NCBI GenBank assembly: GCA_020137815.1
Contig: CM035351.1
Location: 4,836,001 to 4,900,000, forward strand
Length of the DNA stretch: 64,000 nt
Reading direction: 5' to 3'
Origin: Hormiphora californensis
Taxonomy: Eukaryota > Animalia > Ctenophora
Part shown: piece by piece, positions 56,266 to 64,000 of the stretch
How the letters are laid out: every line of letters begins with the position of its first letter
How positions within the stretch are numbered: position 1 is the first letter of the stretch
The notes under the pieces: model-generated
The model's input: only the letters and a program-made list of their open reading frames with translations
What the model was told of the DNA's origin: nothing
Databases searched by the model: none
Program-made: the position numbers and the translations under genes

Positions 56266-57129
56266 AATATGAATATGAATATGAACTTCACAATTTATAT
56301 CGAGTCAATATAAGAAAATATATGACTCTCCCGCTCTTACACTATACGTATAAAATATAGTTAAAAATTAAGTACATTAATATACGCTACCAGGCCGAGG
56401 CTAATAGCACAACAGCAGTTACCTAAAGCGGGACAAACACACACAGACGAACCAAAGAGACTGGTAACAATGAGCTGAGAGCTAAACGGACAGATAGATT
56501 TAACCAGATTTAATAAATTACTAAAATCGAATAGAAAAAGGCGAATAAGTTAGTTAAAAATACGGTAGTTACAAAACACCACCACATATACACACACACT
56601 CACACACACACACTCACACACACACACACACACAACTCACACTCAGACTCACACTCACACTTATACCCCAACACCCAAAAAATAAAGACATACACAAAAC
56701 ACAAATAAGTTAAGTTAAATAAGTTAATTAAAAATGGTCATCACACAAGAGAACACAAAGGTGCACACACAAACGGACACAGCATACCTAGACTACTTGG
56801 AAACAGTAAATCATGTTTAGCACACATCGTTAACATATAAATAGTAAGATTGTCATTGATAAATACGTACTCATCATCACTTTCGTTGTGTTCATTTACA
56901 GTCTGCATAAATAACTGCACTTTCAGTCGTTTTCGTAACGGTAATCGTTTCTTGTAACTGTTTTCTCCTGGCCTATACTCGGCCAATTCTCTACTACCCT
57001 CAGACTCTACCCCATATCTCGGTTGCCAAGATCCTACTAACCCATACACCCACCACACACAAACGAACAAGAATAATCACTCAAAAAACCCTAGCTCTGA
57101 ACAAATATGTGAAGGACATCTCTCCTAAC

Positions 57130-57785
57130 TCAGGATGGTGGTGAAATAGGACGGATGATGGAGGATAGGAACAGGATGATGGAGGATAGGATGGATGGTG
57201 AAGGATGGATAGTGGAGGATAGGAAAGATGGTGGGGGATTAGACGGATGATGGAGGATAGGACATATGGTGGAGGATAGGACGGATGGTGGAAAATGGGA
57301 CGGATGATGGAGGATAGGACGGATGGTCGAGGATAGGACGAATGGTGGAGGATGGGACAGATGGTGGATGATAGGACGGATGATGGAGGAGGAGGATAGG
57401 ACGGATGGTGGATGGGACGGATGGTGGAGGATAGGACGGATGGTGGAGGATAGGACGAATGGTGGTCGGTGGAGGGTAGGACAGGTGGTGGAGGATAGGG
57501 CGAAAGTGGAGGATATGACGGATGGTGGAGGATAGGATGGATGGTGGAGGATAGGGCAGATAGTGGAGGATAGGACGGATGGTGGAGGATAGAGCATATG
57601 GTGGAGGATAGGACGAATGGTCGAGGATAGGACGGATGGTGGAGGATAGGACGGAAGGTGGAGGATAGGACAGATGGTGGAGGATAGGACGGATGGTGGA
57701 GGATAGGACAGATGGTGGAGGATAGAACGAAAGGTGGAGGATAGGATGGATGGTGGAGGAGATGATGGGTGGTGGAGGATAGGAT
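57130..57785. repeat. Degenerate minisatellite of about 19 bp (GGATGGTGGAGGATAGGAC) in the LINE 3' UTR
   Basis: Direct inspection. Confidence 0.9.
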
Positions 57786-57880
57786 TTAGGAAGGGATTCT
57801 GAGGTCAGAGGAAATCGAGAGGTCATACAGGTTACGATCATACTAGGTATATGACGGGTATGGTATCATAGGATCAGAAG

Positions 57881-60862
57881 TCAGCCATAGGCAATGTTGA
57901 ACAGATGAGTCTTCAGTGATTTCTTGAATGTTGATACAGACTCCGATTTCCTGATTAATTTTGGGAGTCTGTTCCAGAGTTTTGGTGCAGCAATGCTAAA
58001 TGCTTTCTCAGTAACCTTGTACTTGCAGTGGTACTCCTCTAACCTTGTGTCGTCTTCATCTACTCTGAGTTTCTTGGACTTTGCCTGCCTCTTCTGGATC
58101 ATCTCAGTGATGTAGCATGGAGATTTACCATTTAGTGCATTGTAAACCATTAGGCACATTTTGTACTCGATGCGTTGGTTGATTGGAAGGAAGTGGGATT
58201 TCTTTCTCAATTCGGTTACACCTCTTCTGCTGCGCTGACTGTATATAAATCGTGTGGCCCTGTTTTGGAGTACTTGGAGACGTTTTATATCAGATTCCTT
58301 CGAACCAAGGAGTAGGGCATTACAGTAATCGATCCTTGAGTGTATCAGGGTATTGACAAGAAGAGTCTTCTGATTCTTGTTAAGCTTACTAGCTATCCTC
58401 CACATGTTTATTAACTGTAGGTTGCCCATCTGGACTATCCGTGTTACATGCTTGGTCATGTTTAGCTCTTTATCAAATATTACTCCCAGGTTCTTGGCTA
58501 CTTCAGTTACAACTGTATCCTCATCTTCTGTTATGGCGACTGTATCAGGAGCTTCCGATTTATCCCATTTGTTTTTAAGTATCATGACCTCCGTCTTGTT
58601 AGGATTCAACTTAAGAAGATTTTGGGCCATCCATAGTCTGATATGGGCAACACACTTTTGTACCTGGCTCATAGCTGAAAGTAGGTTTTGAGGCACAAAA
58701 GATATAGAGAGATGTGTATCATCGGCGTACATGTGTATCTTTAGATTGTACAGCTGAGCAATCTTCTCTAGGTCACGGGTGTAGAGTATGAAGAGAAGGG
58801 GCCCCAATATCGATCCTTGAGGGACTCCGATTTTGATGGTCGTGGCGGCAGATTCGTTCGGTCCGATCTTCACTATCGCAGTTCTATCATTCAAATAAGA
58901 CTCTATCCATTTGAGAACTCTGCCAGTGATTCCATAGTCTTGCTGTAGACGTTGAATGAGCTTAGAGTGAGATATAGTGTCAAAAGCTGCCGATAGATCG
59001 AGCAGCACAAGGATCACTTTTGTTTTCTTGTCCATCTGTATTAGAGTGTCGTTTACGATCTTCAATGTTGCAGTCTCACAGCTATGATGTGAGCGGTACG
59101 CAGACTGAACCTTGCTAAATAGACCATTGCTCTCAATGTGCTCAGTGAGTTGATCGGCAACACATTTTTCTAGGATCTTGGACACAAAGGAGAGATTAGA
59201 GATCGGTCTGTAGCTGCTGAGCTCGTCTGGGTCCAGTTCTTTGTTTTTCAAGGAGGGTCGGATAACAGCGGATTTTAAGTTGGCTGGAACCACTCCGTCC
59301 GATAGACTACCGTTTACAATCTTAGAGATAATGGGGACGAGTTCTGTCAGAGAACCACCTACCATGGTGGATGGAATAGGGTCGAGAGGACAGTGTTTCT
59401 TGTTCATGCTCCGAACAGTTGATACAAGTTCAGCGTCAGACACTGTCCTAAACTTGGAGAGTACCGGGCAGTTATGAGCAGATAGTTCATGGGGAATAGT
59501 CGGCAGATCAGCTGAGTAAGCAGGGTCCTCTTTAATTGTCTCATATATCTTCTCGATCTTGGATTTAAAGTAGTCCATCATCTTCTCTGGAAGCTTCTCA
59601 GGCTCGTCTGTGGTTGGTAACTGCTTCGGAACTTTCTCTTTGCCAAGAAGATAGTTAAGGATCTGATAGGTAGCCGCAGGATTACCTTCAGCCGCTTCAA
59701 GGCGTATTTGGAAGAACATTCTTCTAGCTCGAGTAAAAACAAGCTTGGCAGCACGGATCTCAGTGATAAACTCCTTCTCTGCATCTAGCACTTTGTCGTG
59801 GGGAACGGGTTTGCCTTTGTTTTTCTTTTGTAGGGCTTGTTTAAGGGCTTTTCTGTATCTTCGCTCAGCCTTCCTTCGCCTTCTTAGGGCATCATAGCAC
59901 TCTTGATTGAACCACTGTGGTTTGCTGGAGAGTTTGATGTCTTTATCCTCAATCGGTGCCAGTTCATCTAGTATCTGTACAAGAGTAGTGTTATAGAGTT
60001 CAACACACTCCTCAACGGTCTTTGGAAGAGGTTGTTTACAGAGTTTAGATTGGAGTATGTAGTTTTTCAGGGTTTCAATCGATAATTTCTTCAATGATCG
60101 TCCAGTAACTTTCTTAGAGATTGGCTTCCTGTTCGCTGAGCCACAATGTAGATGAAAGTCAACGAGAAAGTGGTCTGGAACCTCGGGGGTCGGGATAACA
60201 TTCACAGAGCTTACAATAGGGACATCCTTCGTCAATACAAGGTCCAGGGTTCCTCCTAGGATATGGGTGGGTTCCTGAACATGCTGGATCCATCCATGGT
60301 CTTCCAAGGTTTGCAGGAAACCGTTTGCAAGAGTGCATGTAGGCTTTTCGATGTGTATATTGAAATCCCCGGTTATCATCAAATGGCCAGACTTCGAAGA
60401 GAAAGAGGACAAGAAAGCTTCAAAATCATCCAGAAACTGTATCTGCTTAAGTTGGTTTGGAGGGCGGTAGAGTACTGCTATTCTTGTGAGATCAATACCT
60501 GGACCGTAAATAGTGGCTTCAAGAAGCTCAAAGGTTAGGAACTTTTTCTTCAGTTTACATTTCTTTACATTTATTCCATCCCTATAAATGAGTGCCACGC
60601 CCCCACCTCTGCTACCTCTAGCAACATTGAGTAAATTGAAGTTCAGCTCAGCGATTTCTCTTGAGAGGGCCTCATCGTTCGGGGATAACCAGGACTCAGT
60701 AATGCATAGTACATCTAGTTCTTGTTCGGCAGCTAGAATTAGTACTTCTTCAGTTTTGTTCCGCAGTGAGCAGCAATTAAGATTACCGATGCGAAGATAG
60801 GGGACATTGAGCAAATCTAGTTTTTTGAATGTAACTGCTGCAACTGTTGGCGGACAGGGCAC
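57881..60862 (-). CDS. LINE ORF2: APE endonuclease plus reverse transcriptase
   Basis: NCCSL, ITESWL, GDFNIH, TLDLV, PDH (APE); YRPISNL, LLDLSAAFDT, GVPQGSILGP, YADD (RT); HSRIDYCNALL is L2-like; 993 codons open. Confidence 0.97.
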   Translation of the reverse strand: MPCPPTVAAVTFKKLDLLNVPYLRIGNLNCCSLRNKTEEVLILAAEQELDVLCITESWLSPNDEALSREIAELNFNLLNVARGSRGGGVALIYRDGINVKKCKLKKKFLTFELLEATIYGPGIDLTRIAVLYRPPNQLKQIQFLDDFEAFLSSFSSKSGHLMITGDFNIHIEKPTCTLANGFLQTLEDHGWIQHVQEPTHILGGTLDLVLTKDVPIVSSVNVIPTPEVPDHFLVDFHLHCGSANRKPISKKVTGRSLKKLSIETLKNYILQSKLCKQPLPKTVEECVELYNTTLVQILDELAPIEDKDIKLSSKPQWFNQECYDALRRRRKAERRYRKALKQALQKKNKGKPVPHDKVLDAEKEFITEIRAAKLVFTRARRMFFQIRLEAAEGNPAATYQILNYLLGKEKVPKQLPTTDEPEKLPEKMMDYFKSKIEKIYETIKEDPAYSADLPTIPHELSAHNCPVLSKFRTVSDAELVSTVRSMNKKHCPLDPIPSTMVGGSLTELVPIISKIVNGSLSDGVVPANLKSAVIRPSLKNKELDPDELSSYRPISNLSFVSKILEKCVADQLTEHIESNGLFSKVQSAYRSHHSCETATLKIVNDTLIQMDKKTKVILVLLDLSAAFDTISHSKLIQRLQQDYGITGRVLKWIESYLNDRTAIVKIGPNESAATTIKIGVPQGSILGPLLFILYTRDLEKIAQLYNLKIHMYADDTHLSISFVPQNLLSAMSQVQKCVAHIRLWMAQNLLKLNPNKTEVMILKNKWDKSEAPDTVAITEDEDTVVTEVAKNLGVIFDKELNMTKHVTRIVQMGNLQLINMWRIASKLNKNQKTLLVNTLIHSRIDYCNALLLGSKESDIKRLQVLQNRATRFIYSQRSRRGVTELRKKSHFLPINQRIEYKMCLMVYNALNGKSPCYITEMIQKRQAKSKKLRVDEDDTRLEEYHCKYKVTEKAFSIAAPKLWNRLPKLIRKSESVSTFKKSLKTHLFNIAYG

Positions 60863-62271
60863 AATCTATCTCCACTGTGGTGACGGCTGGCCTCGGACTT
60901 GAATGTATCAGAACTACTACAGTTAATACAAAACAGTTTTTTCCTATCGGTACAGTCCTTGACATCATGATTATCTCCACATAGTTTGCAAACTAGTACT
61001 GAGCTGGTGCACTCAGTGGTCCTGTGGTTGAAACGGTGGCATTTGATGCACTGTGGAATGTGGAAACGTTCCACAACATTAAGTCGGGATGTTGCATAGT
61101 ATACTTTACCGGCGTCAAGGAGACGCTGTTGTGCGGGAATCGGTAGACGTAGGCCAATGGTACATTTTTCCTTATTCCGATAGTGACTTTTGATGTACAC
61201 GATGGTTACCTCTTCAGTCTTGAGCCATGGGTTTTTGAGTTGGAGCATGGTTAGCACTTTGTTCTTAGCTTGGTCGTTTGACAGGGATTCAATGTTTTCA
61301 GGTACATTCAGTATAGTGACTTTAGCAGTGGATGATAAAGTGGTAACTGTTGCATCTTTGGGTATCGCTTCTGTGACTAGCTGTATTACTGCATCAATGT
61401 TAGTTGATTCAGGAAATCCAATCTTGATCTCTGCAGCATTTTTTGTGTCAAGGAACAGCATGGGTGTTTCGGCAAGGCAGTCACTTACTGACTTGGCTGT
61501 TTTACTGGGATCGCTAGTACCGCAAGAAATAAGCAGCTTATGCACTCTCTCACGGGGCTGTGATTGGTTGGGGGTTTGTTGCTGGGTTTGTTTAGTTCTA
61601 GCCTGGGGATGAGCTTGGGGTTGCGCAGCTGCGGCAGTTGAATCAATTGCACTTGTGGCAGGTGTATTGATGTTCAAAGCATCCGAGTAGTTTGCTCTGT
61701 TACATTGAGGAGTAACAATGTCTGTAGGCGCGTTTTCAGCTCGAGTGTGTTGCTGGGTGACGGTTTTAGTAGGAGCGGTTGCGGTAGAAGCGAAGATGCG
61801 GGCAGCGTTTTCAGCTATTTTATTGAATAATGCGCTGTCGGGTTGCATCAGTTGGGCGAAAACTAGACATACAGGGCAACACCAACCAGGGGCGTTATAA
61901 ACACCATCGGTAATAGGGATGGACCCTTTTGCAATAGAGAGGAAATTAAGGCCCACGCAGTCTGCATGATAGTGAGTATTGCAGGAATAGCAGTGTACGA
62001 GACCAGAGCTGCCGGGTTCAGTAGGGTCTTTGCCACATAGGCATTTCCTTGACGCCGAGGTGTGTATATGAGGCGTTTGGGTTGGGTCGCTCAAGATGTT
62101 GGGAACGGGACTTGGGGTGGAGAATAATCCGGGTGTATTCCCAGGGTTAAACTGGGGGTCGATGTTTTTACGTACCGGTGTTGTAGTGAAACTGATCTCA
62201 GAGAACTCTTTACCATTCCGTAGTCCGCTCGTCAACTCAGGAGTTGGACTGCTTCTTTGGCCGTCCGTCAT
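60817..62271 (-). CDS. LINE ORF1 with PHD finger and C-terminal CCHC knuckles
   Basis: CLC..VHCYSC..YHADCVG..WCCPVC (PHD); QCIKCHRFNHRTTEC, CKLCGDNHDVKDC, CINC..H...CP; first ATG at 62271. Confidence 0.92.
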   Translation of the reverse strand: MTDGQRSSPTPELTSGLRNGKEFSEISFTTTPVRKNIDPQFNPGNTPGLFSTPSPVPNILSDPTQTPHIHTSASRKCLCGKDPTEPGSSGLVHCYSCNTHYHADCVGLNFLSIAKGSIPITDGVYNAPGWCCPVCLVFAQLMQPDSALFNKIAENAARIFASTATAPTKTVTQQHTRAENAPTDIVTPQCNRANYSDALNINTPATSAIDSTAAAAQPQAHPQARTKQTQQQTPNQSQPRERVHKLLISCGTSDPSKTAKSVSDCLAETPMLFLDTKNAAEIKIGFPESTNIDAVIQLVTEAIPKDATVTTLSSTAKVTILNVPENIESLSNDQAKNKVLTMLQLKNPWLKTEEVTIVYIKSHYRNKEKCTIGLRLPIPAQQRLLDAGKVYYATSRLNVVERFHIPQCIKCHRFNHRTTECTSSVLVCKLCGDNHDVKDCTDRKKLFCINCSSSDTFKSEASRHHSGDRLCPVRQQLQQLHSKN

Positions 62272-63425
62272 CTTCACGACTATCGATGTCGACTTACAGA
62301 GACTATCAATATCGGGTCTCTCGTCAGATAGGTTGGCTAATGTTACGGGTTCGTCACCTCCCCCGTAACGCACGCGACCAACTTCAGTGTGTCTCCCCCC
62401 ATTCAGGCGATGACATATCTAAGAAGATTTTTTTTTGAGAATCACAGATGTTTCATAGTTTCTAACTAGTAACTTCCGGCAGTGCCGACCTCTCTCTCTC
62501 TCTCTCGTTTTGATTCTCAACATGCTCAGACGGCGCCGTCCCGCCAACCAGGGTTCTCCTCTCTAGAGTCGATTTTCCGGGAGATATGTTGTCAACCCAG
62601 TACATAATCATGCGACAGTGTATTCAGTGAAGCTACGTACAAACAGAGGATCAAACAAACACGTTTGCCTCACCGTTCCAACAGGGAAAACGTTAAAATC
62701 TGGGTGCCTTTCATTGCTAACAATTCGTAGTTTTGGCGCGCGCGACGGGTTAGGGCTATCCGTTAGGGTCTGGTTAGGGTTTGGTTTGGGGTTATCGGTT
62801 AGGGCTATCGATTCTCTAACTGATACCGTTTAGTTTACTCAAATCGGCCATGTGGTTCCATGGCTATAGCCGTTTGAAAAAAGTCGGTCTAAGTATACTC
62901 TTTTGGTAGCGCGCACCTGTAAACAGGCTGCAAGGCACCCAGATTATAATCGCGCCCTTCCAACAGAAACGTCAAAAACAAAGACATTTTTGGCGCCACT
63001 TTTTTAAACCCAAAGAAATAAAACTTCCGTGCGCGGCGGCGCGTTCCTAATCACCTCGTAATCTTGTCAAATCCGCGCGTGCGGTAACCTTTCACATGTG
63101 ACGGATTTGGGCTTCTGGTTCTCCAACGATTCCAATTTCCACTACTGGTATCTTTATACATCTGATGCCCGTTCCCATTATTTCCTTCATCCTTGCCTCA
63201 TCTGAGGAAAATTCCGATCTCAGGTAGCAAAATAAACGACAACAAATATAACGGTGGTTCAAAGTAATTGTATTACGGATTTATTTACACATTAAACAGA
63301 GAAAAATATTTCTGGCCACTACTTGGCGAGAAAGAAAGGGGAAATATGCACGATAGAAAAAAAAACGAATCAATACAGAATTCTAATAATAACACTGTTT
63401 CATTGTCTGTGTGAGTGTCTCTGAC

Positions 63426-63954
63426 TCAGTCCCTTCTCAGATTATCAAGTCTGGCCTGTAGCTCGTCGTCAGCACCCGATGGTTTGGCCACTTTTTCTTT
63501 TCCGCCCACACTTCCAGACGCCATTGGCATGCTGTTCAGTTCGTCATTCAGGCTCAGACCCAACTCGTCCAACACTTGATTCACCAGCTGGTCACTGTGG
63601 ATAAAATTGAAGGTTAGGATATGATTTCAAATGGCATGACATTGTCAAAATGAAAAGAAATCCAGGGAACAAATGTCACGTGACCAGGGAAGGGATGTGT
63701 AAAGCGCGCGCAAAAATTGTGACGGCAAAATGGTGTGACAGAGAGCGTCCTAATGTTGCTCGGTCACCGCGCGTTACGCAAAGTTGAGTTCGGCGAAAAA
63801 GTGGGACCGAGGGGAGCAATGGGACAATGGAGTGTTTTTGGACGCGTAAAAATTGTGTAAATATGTGGCACCTTTCTTCTTCGTCCTCCTCAGCTCCCAT
63901 GACGTCATCGACGATATCATTCATCATATCCTCCTTCATATCCATCATATCAGC
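63426..63954 (-). CDS. CHMP2A: ESCRT-III CHMP2A/VPS2, last two exons (63872-63954 and 63426-63594)
   Basis: ADMMDMKEDMMNDIVDDVMGAEEDEEES/DQLVNQVLDELGLSL...ADDELQARLDNLRRD with MIM1 tail; in-frame GT-AG intron. Confidence 0.92.
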
Positions 63955-64000
63955 CTGGGAAGAGAGAGAATTGGGTGTTAGGGAGAGGGAGATAATGGAG

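Larger units (their letters stand above)
56265..62368 (-). mobile_element. Apparently full-length L2-type LINE, about 6.1 kb
   Basis: Two intact ORFs, short 5' UTR, 1.6-kb 3' UTR, (TTCATA)n microsatellite tail preceded by GATATAAAT; ends defined by the interrupted foldback. Confidence 0.9.

Noticed and set aside
57130-57841. Pro/Ser/His-rich ORFs of 155-200 aa
   Set aside because: Translations of the 19-bp minisatellite in the LINE 3' UTR
62272-62373. ORF1 extension to a GTG start at 62373
   Set aside because: It crosses the inferred LINE 5' boundary; the ATG at 62271 is more plausible

Overview
Eukaryotic (animal) genomic DNA with GT-AG introns, many (CT/AG)n microsatellites and one 100-N gap at 17711-17810. 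A ctenophore such as Pleurobrachia is my tentative guess, based only on recalled repeat families. Host genes: the last five exons of a PEAK/Pragmin-like, PINK1-resembling pseudokinase (1053-3569); a frameshifted intronless class A GPCR (5402-6588); a replication-dependent histone cluster (intact H4, H2A, H2B; truncated H3; further H3 and H2B relics); a MARCH-type RING-CH E3 ligase (about 51859-52645); and the 3' exons of CHMP2A/VPS2 (63426-63954). The rest is mostly mobile DNA: a decayed Ty3/Gypsy element, a partly duplicated Sola2-like/Academ-like transposase chimera, an orphan LINE ORF1, an intact L2-type LINE, and many foldback elements, most with readable target-site duplications (TSDs). 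Best leads: (1) a second, sequence-unrelated hairpin 4-6 nt upstream of the stem-loop in all four core-histone 3' UTRs; (2) a 4.5-kb Merlin-like foldback built of 10-11-bp AAAGCGCTTT units; (3) an in-phase A-AAA-AAC -1 slippery site joining LINE ORF1 to an AUG-less ORF2; (4) long TAGTAGAG-ended palindromes with 3-bp TSDs near Academ-like transposase relics.
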